A DNA stretch of 60,407 bases, counting the filler, from Dugesia japonica (lineage: Eukaryota): assembly GCA_001938525.1 (NCBI GenBank). It is 5 parts of 5 records of this genome, joined end to end, with 100 filler letters (N's around TTAATTAATTAA, not from the genome) between each part and the next. Parts side by side here need not be neighbours in the genome. Positions count along the whole stretch, not along the records: positions 1 to 10,416 come from MQRL01599358.1; positions 10,517 to 20,873 come from MQRL01590355.1; 3 more parts are not named here. One strand, written 5' to 3'. Under the pieces are notes generated by a model. The model saw only the letters and a program-made list of their open reading frames with translations. It ran no database searches and was not told the origin of the DNA. Below are positions 1 to 12,335 of this stretch, piece after piece; the stretch's first letter is position 1, and each line of letters opens with the position of its first letter. A program made the position numbers and the translations under genes.

Positions 1-1790
1 TCAGTGCAACCGGACTTTAAGAAGCCGTTTATATTAGCAACAGATGCAAGTGGATATACAATGATGTATTGAGCCAGTTAGACTAAGAGGGTCAAGAACG
101 GGTAATCGGGTATTTCAGTAAAACTTTTCAAAGTGCAGAAAAAAACTATAGTACAACAGAGAGAGAAATATTGGCAATAGTGAAAGCAGTAAAACATTTC
201 AACCAACTTATACTTGGACATGAATTAGTAGTGAATAAAGATCATCAACCGCTTACAATGATTGGACAAAAACTGTTACAGATAAATCGAATTGCAAGAT
301 AGGCCATGAAGCTACAAGACTATGCACCATTAGTAAAATATAAATCGGGTAAAGCAAATGCAAATGCAGATTATCTGTCAAGAGCGAGATTCACGGATGA
401 ACTAGAAGAAGATACTGAAACTAAATTGCAAGATAAAGAAGTAATTATTATTCAGCAATTAATGAATCGAGAAATACGAACTTTATCTATGATATTAGCA
501 GTGAACAAAGATTTNNNNNNNNNNNNNNNNNNNNNNNNNNNNNNNNNNNNNNNNNNNNNNNNNNNNNNNNNNNNNNNNNNNNNNNNNNNNNNNNNNNNNN
601 NNNNNNNNNNNNNNNNNNNNNNNNNNNNNNNNNNNNNNNNNNGACGATACGCAATAGTCAATGGATGGTTGATGATGAAAGAAAGCGACAAAATGTTGTT
701 AGTAATACCTAAAAATAGACAAGCAAAAATTTGGGAACAATATCATAATGGAATATTAGGTCATATGTCAGCTAAAAAGACGGAATCAAAATTGAGAGCA
801 AAATATTATTGGCCACATATGACGATCAGTGTAAAAACATGGGTAGAACAATGTTAGATATGCGCAGCAAGGAGAGGAACTAGGAAGAAATTCAAAGTTC
901 CGCTACAACCAATTCCAGTGCCCGCAGCACCGATGGATATAATAGCAATGGATATAATCGGACCATTACCACCAACAAACAATGAAAAGATATACATTTT
1001 AACAGTAGTAGATTATTTATCAAAATTCCCAGAAGCTTTTGCGTTGCGAGATCAGAAAGCAGCAACAATTGCCAAAGTGTTAGTTGACAAAGTATTTAGT
1101 CGTTATGGACCTCCAAAAAAATTTTAACGGATCAAGGGAAGAACTTTATGAGCGAGTTAATGAAAGAAGTTACAAGTTTCTTCAATATTTACAAACTACG
1201 GACATCGGCATATCATCCGCAGACGGACGGAATGACAGAAANNNTCAATCAAACTTTAACAAGAATGCTATCGAGCTACGCTTCAAAGGATCAAAGAGAA
1301 TGGGACAAACATTTGAATTTATACCTTTTTGCATATAGGATGGGAGTCCATCCAACAAGAAGAGCAACACCATTTAGTTTAATGTATGGAAGAGAATGTA
1401 TTATGCCTATTGATCTGGAATATCAACCAGCAATTTCACAATACATAAATGAAGACGATTATGTGACAGGCATGAATAGAGCGAATGAAGGGAATGTGGA
1501 AATTGGCAGAAGCAAATGCAAGATTTAGTCAAGAAAGTTACAAAGAATTACACGATCGTAAAGCCGACGCTCATACATTTAAAAAGGGGGATCTTGTGTT
1601 AGTAAACACACCGAAAATTGATATTGGAAAGACAGATAAATAAAGAGACCAAGCAAAGGCCCATATATGGTGATCGAAACAACGACAACAAATATAAAAT
1701 TAAAAGAATTGGGAAAACCACTAAANAAACCAAGTATCGTGCATGTATCAAGATATAAATTAGCAGCCAAAGAGGTAGAGGCAAATAAAG
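1..1790 (+). pseudogene. pol: Ty3/Gypsy pol, 3' part (RNase H, integrase HHCC, DDE core, GPY/F), decayed
   Basis: Translations give PDFKKPFILATDASG...KNYSTTEREILAIV...DHQPL...YKSGKANANADYLSR (RNase H); YHNGILGH...YYWPHM...C*IC (HHCC); MDIIGPLP...VVDYLSKF...TDQG...TSAYHPQTDGMTE (integrase core); KGPYMV. Several stops and frameshifts. Confidence 0.96.
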
Positions 1791-3418
1791 AAAACTTAGT
1801 AGAAGCAGAACCAGAAACGAGTAAAATGAAACGAGTTCTATTTAAATTAGACAAGCCNNNNNNNNNNNNNNNNNNNNCAATCAAATCAAGAAATCGTGTG
1901 ATGATGTTAACAGCAAAACCAATAACAAAACTTTTGGAGACTCAAGAACCAAACAAAAAAGTTAATCGGTGTAAAATCTGTCAAGAAACAGACAAGAAAC
2001 AGTACCTTTGTTAAAATGTCAATTGCTAAAAATGTGTTATCAATGTTTGAAAACGACACAAGATAAAATCGTGCATGTAGATTGAGAACTTAATAGAGTA
2101 TCATTACAAGTGTCGAGAGAAAACAGATATTAAAAGATCAGCATGTAAACAATGTATGGAAGTAGTACTAAAATTAAACGTGTCCAAGGAGAAATATAAA
2201 CAATGGTGTAATAATTGTATAACAAATGCGAGATGAATAATAAGTAGTGAAATTAGATGTGTCTTCAATCACTTAATGGGCTTATCAGCAGCAAAACCAC
2301 CAAGAGTAAATATTAAATTAACAACTGAGAAGATTATGAAAAAGTTTCAGCTTAATAATGATCTAACTCAATTTGAAAATAGACGAGATATACTTAATAA
2401 ATATTATCATTCAGTGGATAGCGGATTAATTCAAGAGAATTGAATTTGCGACTATCCAAGATGTGGACGATACGGAATGAATGGACACGAATCCGCAGAC
2501 AACTGGATACCACTGTGTAAATCATGCTTATGAATTTCACAGAGAATTACAATGAGGCAACAAGAAAGATAGACATTTAATAAACCAAATCGATTCGAGA
2601 TCGACAAAAANNNNNNNNNNNNNNNNNNNNNNNNNNNNNNNNNNNNNNNNNNNNNNNNNNNNNNNNNNNNNNNNNNNNNNNNNNNNNNNNNNNNNNNNNN
2701 NNNNNNNNNNNNNNNNNNNNNNNNNNNNNNNNNNNNNNNNNNNNNNNNNNNNNNNNNNNNNNNNNNNNNNNNNNNNNNNNNNNNNNNNNNNNNNNNNNNN
2801 NNTGAAATCAGATGCACTTATTGTAATAAAAATCGAATAGAAACCAGGATCGTAATAACGAAAAACAAGTTAAAAGGGGTATGCCTGAAATGTATAATAA
2901 TAATGGGGCTACAACTGAAAGAAGCTGTAGAGAAAATATGGGATATGATAGATACAAATCCAGAACAGACAGAAGCTCAGAAGTGTAATCGATGTGTATC
3001 AAAGAAACCAAATAAATGTCCAATTGTGGCGGAAGACTTAAAGAATTTATGTAATAAATGTTTCCAAAAGACAGAAATCGAGGTGAAAGACTCACTAATT
3101 TTAATAGCACGAAAGAGAAGCTGGTTGATGAATCATCCGGTACAGGATAATCAAGGATGTCTCCAATGTAAAACAAACGATGAAGCAATGGAGTTACCAA
3201 TACCAAATAATGTGTTCAAGAAGTTGTGTTTAATATGTACAGAGATAATGCGATATCAATTAGAGAAAACAGTTAACGAATTACATAAAGTAATGGCACA
3301 ACGGAAAATGGAAGAGCAACATCATTGTATCAAGTGGCAGCCTCGAATCGACGAGGACGCCGATCTTTCGAAAGAAGAGGGTGATTTGAAGAGACAAGGT
3401 GAAGCACTCATTAGGTAA
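1790..3418 (+). pseudogene. Post-integrase extension with six CxxC-x17-19-CxxC zinc-finger-like units
   Basis: CKIC..CYQC (~1970-2046), CKQC-x17-CNNC (~2143-2220), (Y)PRC-x17-CKSC (~2453-2527), CTYC-x19-CLKC (~2813-2893), CNRC-x18-CNKC and CLQC-x19-CLIC (ORF 2903-3418). Frameshifts and an N gap interrupt the frame. Confidence 0.7.
3370..3381 (+). promoter_or_regulatory. Polypurine tract of the Gypsy element
   Basis: GAAAGAAGAGGG at the end of the pol region, preceded by CGAGGACGCCGATCTTTC and followed by an abrupt shift to non-coding AT-rich DNA. Confidence 0.6.
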
Positions 3419-5635
3419 GATTTCATTCTACGATTAGAAATGGGGTTGCATGTAATGCAAACAAGTCTAAATATGATATCTTAAAAGATTACATTATCAT
3501 AATGGCTGAAGATTGTGAAAATTAATTATGTAATCTTGTTATAAAAAATAAATGTTTTTTTTTAAAATGGTTTTAAATTTATTTTATAAATAGTTTTTTA
3601 CTATTTTATAAATAGTTCTTATTATATTATAAACAGTAATATAAGTAATATTATAAGTAGTAATTAGAAAATATGTAAAAATATTACTTATTACAATAGG
3701 GATGCAACACAGATGTAACACAGATTGAATACACTTTTAATGTGATGAAGTATAGTTTTTATGGGTTGACTTAAAAATTTAACAAGTTTTCCTAGAAAAG
3801 AATATCAAAATTTATATTACAAAAATCATTAAAATCTGACATTTACTGGAAAATTAATGAATTTTAAAATAAAATGTAAAATTTTGAAATTTCATGAAAA
3901 TGAAATAAAATTAACACACGAAATAAAATTATTAGAAGTGTTGGGCTGAAACAAGCCTGTGGATAACAGGAAAATTTAAACAAAAGTGAACTATGGAAAA
4001 GAGGAGACAATGCTACTGAAGTAATAAAAGAAATAGGAATATTAACCATGACAATAAAGAATAAATAAAGTGACAACTTCCTCATAATGATAGATTAAAT
4101 GAAAATTGAATTGAATTAATAAGAAACCGAGAACGAAATAGAAATAATACTTGAAGGAAAGAATGAACCTAAATCATCACAATAAAGTCAAGGTTTGAAA
4201 TATGGCATAAATCAGATTTAATCATAAGAATTACGGAATACAGAAACCAGTGATCATTACATGGAAATTATAATAAAAGAAATAATAATAAATGAAGGTG
4301 CTTAAAAAGATAATGTTCGGAAAAATGTTCAAATGACAAATTCAGAGATAAAAGAATAAGGTTAAATGATAAATGATGAAACGAAAGAAAGAGAATAATA
4401 ATTCAATAAATGAACGAATATTTATTACCAGAATGTGAAAGGCAGAAAATAAATAATAATCAACGATAAAATGCTCCAAGGAAAATAATCAACGGTAAAA
4501 TACTCAAGGAAATAATAATCAACGATAAAATGCTCAAAAGAAATAATAATTACAGAATTAAAGTACGAAGGCTCCAATAATATATTCCGTAATAAAAGAA
4601 AATCATTTAATAAATTATGGCTCATGAAATAAAAAGCAAATTAAAAATGAAGTGTATGAATAATGTCAAGAAATGATAAAGGAGAAATAACGAACGAAAG
4701 CGAAATTAGAGTGTGNNNNNNNNNNNNNNNNNNNNNNNNNNNNNNNNNNNNNNNNNNNNNNNNNNNNAAAAAGATAGTTAAAATATAATAAAATAATTAT
4801 TTCGTAAAGTAAGATTAAAACAAAAGCAAGTTATAGTAAAAGATTTTATGAAAGTCAAACGAGTTTACGAGAAAATAGTTAAGACGTAAATTATTATTAT
4901 TATAGTAAGAACATTATTAAAATTATTGTAATGTCGATATAAACCTTTATATCATAATAATAAAAGTATTTGAATAATTAGAAATAATATTATTATTATT
5001 TTAGTTAAATACTATTAATTCAGAAAAAGAAAGCGAAGTTAAGAAATCAGAATTATATTTTATAAAGGAAAATAGAAAGTTAAATTAATATTTCAGAGGT
5101 ATATTGAATTTTTGTAAGATAAATATTAATAAAATGATTNNNNNNNNNNNNNNNNNNNNNNNNNNNNNNNNNNNNNNNNNNNNNNNNNNNNNNNNNNNNN
5201 NNNNNNNNNNNNNNNNNNNNNNNNNNNNNNNNNNNNNNNNNNNNNNNNNNNNNNNNNNNNNNNNNNNNNTTAAATTAATATTTCAGACGTATATTGATTT
5301 AATTGTATTTATTCACGTAGAAATTCCTATTTGTATTATAGCAGCAAACTATCTAAAATTATTATTATTTTAAGATAAATATTATTGAAATTATTATTAT
5401 TGCATAAATATTGTTATTTATAGAGAAAGAATTTGAATTAAGAGAACAGAGTTGTATGAGAAGAAAGACAGTAAAAAGTTATTTAAGTATTAAAAAATTA
5501 TATTAAATTATTTATGGATTTACGTTAATATTTATATTTAAAGATTAAAAACAAGAAATGAAAATTATTATTATTATGTTTAAATATTATTAATTTTAAA
5601 ATTTATTCGTGCCGGTCCGATGATCATGGATTTCA
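3387..5635 (+). mobile_element. Candidate long LTR (~2.25 kb)
   Basis: Starts TGAAG just after the PPT and ends TTTCA followed by T-TGGCACCG (PBS-like). Contains a ~30-bp tandem repeat. No second copy in the window to confirm. Confidence 0.4.
4451..4550 (+). repeat. ~29-30-bp tandem repeat, about 3 copies
   Basis: ATAATCAACGATAAAATGCTC(C/A)A(A)GGAAA repeated. Confidence 0.8.
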
Positions 5636-6241
5636 TTGGCACCGTTCACGTTGAAGCAGATCAATTGTAGACNATTTATATGTATCGGGTGAGCACCGTG
5701 CATTCTGAAAATAATCTGTGTCGGGTGAGCATCGCACAGAATACACAACAGTAAATAAGGATGCCGAGTGAGCACCAACCTTTATATGCAGCATTAAATA
5801 ATATGAAAAAATATACACGTCCAAATTTGGACATATTAGCAGAATCTGCGATTGAGCACCGCACGATTCAATGATTTTTCAAAGATTTGTAGAACTGCTT
5901 ACTGCAACTGTCAAAATTGATTTTACAGGGCAGTATAAAAGAAAAGATACCATCCAGCAAATTACCATTATTTACCATTTTTTAACATTTAATATTTTTG
6001 CCATATTTTTTCATTGTTAAATTTTACTAAATAGTTATTAGTCACTTATTAAGCACATTAATCGAGATATTTCTCTTAAAAAGAAACTCAGTTCTATCAT
6101 TAACAGACTACAAAGTAAATTTGAATTATATTTATTAGATAAAATCGGAAGACTGGAATGATGCTCATCGTTGACTGGCAACGATCGACATCAATGCTCA
6201 GAGATCCGTTCTTAATTTCGATGCGAGATTATCCACTAATA

Positions 6242-6490
6242 AAAGTTTATACTGCTATAATATTGAAAGTTTATAAAAGTTCATAATGCTATGATATTAA
6301 AAGTTTAAAATGCTATGATATCGAAAGTTGATAATGCGATGATATTGAAAGTTTATAATGCTATAATATTGAAAATTTATACTGCTATAATATCGAAAGT
6401 TGATAATGCGATGATATTGAAAGATTATAATGAGATGATATGTAAAGTTTATAATGCTATGACACTGAAAGATTATAATGATATAATTTT
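6242..6490 (+). repeat. 24-bp minisatellite, about 10 copies
   Basis: Unit AAAGTTTATAATGCTATGATATTG. It explains the repetitive ORFs 6315-6821(+) and 6297-6524(-). Confidence 0.9.
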
Positions 6491-7050
6491 TATGGATAAA
6501 AGAGTGGAACAACAGGTGCATCACTACAATAATCAGTTAGCGGAGATCTTGAGCAGGAACGAACACCGAAAGAAAGAACTGATATCTTTGCTGATACGAT
6601 CAACGGAAGTGCGAGCAATCCAAAGTTACTCAGCTAGAAATGGAAGAATTCAACAAGATGTCGGATCAGCTGAACATAAAAATCGAAGAGATGTTACGAC
6701 AGACTCTAATACCGCTCGATGGTACAAAAGAAAATCAGGAAACTTTATTGTGTATAATGATTCATGTGTTAACAGCAATACAGTTTTAAGTCTAGTATTT
6801 TCATGTCTTGATTATATTTAATGATAATGTGTTAAACTGAATCAAAGGAATAAGAGAAATTAAAAGAGAAATTCGTTTAAATTTTGTGAGTTCCGATTTG
6901 AAATGTTAATGATATATAATATGCTGAATGATTTAATATTTGATAAAATAATGGTTTAATAAGTATTGAATAATGAAGTTGATAAATCAAAACGAGAGCC
7001 GGATAGAAATGGAAATATAAAACGGGATACAGCATAGTCCCGCTGAATCC

Positions 7051-7063
7051 GGGAAAAGGGGGA
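7051..7063 (+). promoter_or_regulatory. Second PPT-like tract followed by a TGTTAC LTR-like start
   Basis: GGGAAAAGGGGGA, then TCG, then TGTTACT...AGTAACA (7067-7086). Confidence 0.4.
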
Positions 7064-8813
7064 TCGTGTTACTAGAGAGAGTAACACAAATTTATGTGGT
7101 TGATAGGTATCATCCCCCAGACAGAAAGATATTTGGAAGAGAAAGTAAATACCATGAATGAAAGATCAAAAGAAACCAGATATTAAAAAACAACATCAAA
7201 AAGCCTAGCAACCCAACAGAAGGAAGCATTTTAATTGAGTGAATCCTATACAGAAAAATGTTTAGTTTTTTATTCTGAGAGCAATGACACCAAATTTGAG
7301 AATGCATCAAAATAATGAGTTTGAAATGTTTAAAGAAGCTACGATGACAAAATTTGTTGAGGAGTGACAATAAATTACAATGTGCAAACAAGAGTTTGAT
7401 GAAGAAAGTAGGAAAAACGAATATACAAGTAACTATTGAAGATACTACTAAGCTATAAAAATTTTTAGTGTATTTTACTATATTTAATTAATAATTGTAT
7501 TTAAAATTACAATTTGAATAATTAAAAACTCTTTTTAATGTAAAATTAAAAGAATCTCATCATGAGTGTGAAATAGAGTATTTTAACAAAACTTGAAAAT
7601 TATTGTTATTACTTTTGTATTGTTGTCAAGACATATATTTCTTTAATGAACCATACAGTTAGCATAATGTCGAAATTTTTAAAATATATTCTTGGAACAT
7701 TTCTAATATATTTCTGCAAAAAACAACTAAAATTTCTAAATACAAAAATAATTTTAATTTCATACTTTTCAATCATAAATTAATTTTTTCAAAATAAATT
7801 ATTCTAAAAATTTTTCAAAAAAAAATTTTTCTAATTCAATTATTTATAAAATATCTAATCTACTCGAGATAAAAAAATAACTAAAATAAAAAAATGTATT
7901 ATTTAAAAACAAGATCATAAATTTAAAAGATTTTTATTAAAATATTCTAATTAATTATTAAAATCATATTAATAATTTAATAATAGTTTAATATTTTTTA
8001 AATATTAAAATACAAACATTAAATAGATAAGTTTTAAATAAATTTTCTCCTGAATATTTAATTATTTTACTACTGCATGTCACCACGATGTTTCCAAATC
8101 ATTGTTGGTAAAATATAATTAATTTCTTTCTGGAGAAATTTTGATTGTCAGAAGACTGTTTAACAACCATAATATTTATTAAAGCAAATCTAGAAAAGTA
8201 GAAATAAATAAATAAGTAATTATGATTTGAGCAATCACCATTCCTCAATAAGCAAATAAACACCAACCAATTGTTTAACATATTAAACATTTGAACGTAC
8301 AGACAAATATCAATTACACAAATTCAATTTATGTAATTATATATTAAAATAGTTTCACCAGTTAAATATCATGATTTTTAAATGAAATGTTAATAGTCTA
8401 AAAAATATACAAAATTTTAAGTATTAAAAAAAATACTGAAAAAAATTTACTTTTAATTCAATAATTCATTAGTAAAATGGTTTTTTGCTGAATTTTCGAT
8501 TATCATTTATAATTATTTCTTGATAGATTTTTTGATAAATGCAATTTGATATTCAATATACTTTCAATGAAATTATTAATTATGTTGCGAGCTACTTAAT
8601 TTTTTTAAACAAATACTTACACATTTTAATTTTAAATTTTTTAATGGTGCAGTTTCTTTGCTAGTTCGTCTAATTTAAAAAAAATTTACTGGTACACTTT
8701 CATAAATATCTTTTTAAAATGTGTTCCAAAACTTTCATACATTTTTTATAAAAATAACTTTCAATTATAATTTGCAATTTTACATTTAAAAACAATTAAA
8801 AATTTATACTTTT

Positions 8814-9086
8814 TTAAAAATACCTAATAGCCTTCACGTGGAATTTTTTATGATACCAACAAAGAGTAGATTTAGTTACAGAAGATAAGTTTGGAGAATC
8901 ATTAATATGTTGGGAAGATTCATTGGAATAGGAATTAAATTTTTCAGAAGTTGTGTCATTATTAAAGTTAGAAAACTTAATATTTTCTTTTGCATCACTT
9001 TTTTTGAAGTTATTTACGTTTTCATAAGATTTTTTACGGTTTTCGACTAGTTTAAATGCATCATTTACCCGTTGCCAAACAACCAA
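8814..9086 (-). pseudogene. Possible Gypsy gag C-terminal remnant
   Basis: Ends in LCWYHKKFHVKAIR, resembling the CWYHxxFGxxAxxC motif at the end of Gag in many invertebrate Gypsy elements. Confidence 0.35.
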
Positions 9087-9501
9087 TAATACTGTTTCAT
9101 TTTTGCTTAAATTTATTTAGGTTTGATATTAATTTAAATCGAAATGAATACTTTACATTCTTTTAAGTTAAACTTTTGACTTGTTTAGTTTTATATTTTA
9201 ACTAAATATTTATCAAAGATTTTCAGTAATTTTTTAATAAGTTAATTTTCAATTGTTTACTGTGAGATTTTTCATTAGTAATAATATCAAAAATCGTTAT
9301 TATCTACATCTTTCTTCCTTCATAATTTTCTATAATTCATTTGACAATTAATAATTAATTGCTTCTTCGTTCTTATTTAATTTTATCTTTATTTTAACTA
9401 AAGAGTTACAAACAAATTCACATAGGGAGGCAGGAAATACGATAGATATCCTTACAGTGATTATTGAAAATTTTGTTATTAAAAATGAAAATCAAATTTA
9501 A

Positions 9502-9570
9502 CCCTTGTGTGATCGGCGTGGTACAAATGTACTAATAGCGTATGTAAATTGCTATCCTCTAACACAAGGG
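9502..9570. mobile_element. 69-bp piggyBac-type MITE or footprint
   Basis: TTAA|CCCTTGTGT...ACACAAGGG|TTAA: perfect 9-bp TIR starting CCC with a TTAA duplication. Confidence 0.6.
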
Positions 9571-10416
9571 TTAATTTTATTTATAGAAAAATTATTTTTA
9601 ATAAAATAGTTAAACAATACTAATAAAGATAACAATAAATTTAATAAGACAATAAAATAATAATGAAAATAAAATTTATTCTGATTAGTATTAAATTTTC
9701 GAGAATTCATCGCCAATAATATTTTAATAAGTGTAAGTTTATAATTAATAATTGTTGAGATAATTTTAGGGAATACAAAAATCAAATAAAAGTAAAAAAA
9801 CAAAATTTTTATAATAAATATTTTATGATTTGACAATTAAAATTGAAATCGATTTTACACACTTTTCAAGTAGAAAGTGTAAAATCAATTAATTATTAAT
9901 CGAAATCAATAAATTTTTATTTTAAGATAATTTTCATAAAACAATTTGATTATTAAATGAAAATTTTTAAATTTATTCTTTTCGTTAAATTTTTAAAATT
10001 TAAATAAAAAAAGACACTCGAAATTATTTTGAATTAAATTTGAAATGAAAATAAAAATTGTTTGTTTATTAATGAAAATAAGATAAATATTTGCAGAAAT
10101 CTCAGTAAATGTAAGTTGATTGTTTTGTTTATTTTTATTTTTATAATCAACAATTTATTGGATTTATTTTGATATTTATAAATTTAATTTCGATAAATCT
10201 TTATATTCTTTCANNNNNNNNNNNNNNNNNNNNNNNNNNNNNNNNNNNNNNNNNNNNNNNNNNNNNNNNNNNNNNNNNNNNNNNNNNNNNNNNNNNNNNN
10301 NNNNNNNTGTGAGATTTTTTATTAATAATAATCACAATAGTAACAATCACATCTATTATCGATCACTTTATAAAACTTGAATAGATATTCTGGTGTCTGA
10401 TTATCTGCTTGAATTA

Positions 10417-10516
10417 NNNNNNNNNNNNNNNNNNNNNNNNNNNNNNNNNNNNNNNNNNNNTTAATTAATTAANNNNNNNNNNNNNNNNNNNNNNNNNNNN
10501 NNNNNNNNNNNNNNNN
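10417..10516. other. Artificial assembly spacer (also 20874-20973, 30264-30363, 42217-42316)
   Basis: Exactly 44 N + TTAATTAATTAA (stops in all six frames) + 44 N, four times. Confidence 0.95.
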
Positions 10517-12335
10517 TCACCGCCGTGAATAAGGAGTACTGCTCTCGGGAACTAGCTACTTTAGATAGTTCTCAGGCCGAAAGAATTTTATGTTTATCTA
10601 GAAGAGATAAGTCATGAAGGTGTCGGCAACGTTAAGCATACGTAAATGATAGGGTGACCACCCACGGCAGTTCGGTTGGGTTTTGCCTTGAAATCCATTT
10701 TCTACAGCTATTTGCTCATAACCTTACTGAATTTTATTGATAAGGTGAAATGAGTCCTGGTAGAATCAGCCGAAATTGATTCGGAGAAACTTGTGATAAT
10801 TGAATTTCAGTGTTGACTAGAAGGTACATCAGTTGACAAATATGGAATCAGATTAGCGGGAGTTGGAAACCTAGGTAGAGTTTCAACTGTAATTTTACGT
10901 CAGAGCAGCACGAAAGTTACGTATCAGCGGAATTTCGATTTCCTTTGAAATCCTGCACATTAGCCAGTAGACCGGATACTTCTGGAGATTACGATTGAGA
11001 TTGTGACACATAATTTGGAGAGCCTGGAGTTGAATCGAAATAGACTACCAGCTACTCCATGAGATTATAGATTTGCGAAGCGATAATCGCAGCTGAAATA
11101 ATAGACTACCGGTTACTGAGTATTTGAAGAGATTTTAAAGGAGATTTTAGTTAAGATATCGCATGGCTGGAGTCGCCGAGACCACCAATCAGTGCAAGCG
11201 ATCAAGAATAAATACTTGGAACCTTACTGGTTGACCACCGGAAGGAGAACACGGCTGAAGATCTGATCGATGATAATGGAATAGAGAGAATGATAAATGA
11301 TATAGATTTGGAAATGAAATGTATTGATAGGATTTAATGAGGTTGAAGTGATTATTTTTGGATATTTTTGAAATGATTTAAGTGGATTTTAAAAGTTATT
11401 AGAGTTATTGGAGATTTTGGTTGAGACATTGGATATTGGAAATTTGAATTTGTAGTGGATTAATTGAGGTAAATGTATATGAAGAGTATTTTGGAGATAT
11501 TGAATAGAGTATTGTGAAAGCTATGGTGTTTTAGAGATACTAATGTGTACTAATGTGATGAGTAGTTGGGATAAGTATGGCCGAAGTAAAAAAAATGTAA
11601 TACAAAGATTATGATAAAGTAAAACGGTTATAAAGTGTAAAGATACGAGTCGACAAAGTAGATATCGCGTGTGCAAGAACTAAAAATAGTTAAAAGTGTG
11701 CAAATAAAGTCTAAAAAGTATGAGGAGTAGTAAACAAAGGTATGAAATGAATTAAGTTAAATTTGTAAAATTAAAGATGCGCATAACGAATTAAGTGAGT
11801 AAAGTAAAGTCAATGGATCAGATAAGTATGCAGTTTGTAAAAATTAAACTTAAATATGTTTATATGAGAGTGACAAGTAGATGTATAGTAAAGTAAACGA
11901 TAACAAGGGATGATGAAGTGAAAAAGTGTATATTGGGAATTAACAAGTACGAGTTATGAAATTATCAAGTATGTATAGAGAGTTTAATAGGTATGAATTA
12001 AAAGAGTGTGTGTAATTAATAAAGTGTATGCGTAATGAAGAGTGTGTGTATTGATAACAAGCTAACACAAATTAATGATAAATGCATAAAGAAGTGATGT
12101 AATTGGAGTGCAGAAGCCGGGAGGCTATCATATTTTACTTTTAGGTTATTCAACAAATCAAACGATCTAGAACTCAATCAGATAATTCACCATTGATAAT
12201 TCAACTGACAGATACAATCTACGCAATAAGACAAAGGATCAGAAATCTTATTCGAGTAAAAAATCACATCCAGCCAAGACACAGAGATCAGTAAGAGAAA
12301 TCAGCGCGATAACGACATATCGATCACTAAGTCAA

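Noticed and set aside
1970-3240. Calling the C4 units true GATA fingers or a host GATA gene
   Set aside because: Only the Cys spacing matches; the T-PLWRR and basic-tail signatures are missing and the units are contiguous with pol.
5686-5866. CRISPR-like repeat-spacer pattern
   Set aside because: Repeats are only ~10 bp and irregularly spaced, the context is eukaryotic, and there are no cas genes.
6315-6821. 168-aa ORF as a gene
   Set aside because: Its N-terminal part is a translated 24-bp minisatellite and the rest has no recognizable motif.
10461-10472. TTAATTAATTAA palindrome recurring about every 10 kb
   Set aside because: Always centred in exactly 44+44 N; an artificial scaffold spacer, not biology.
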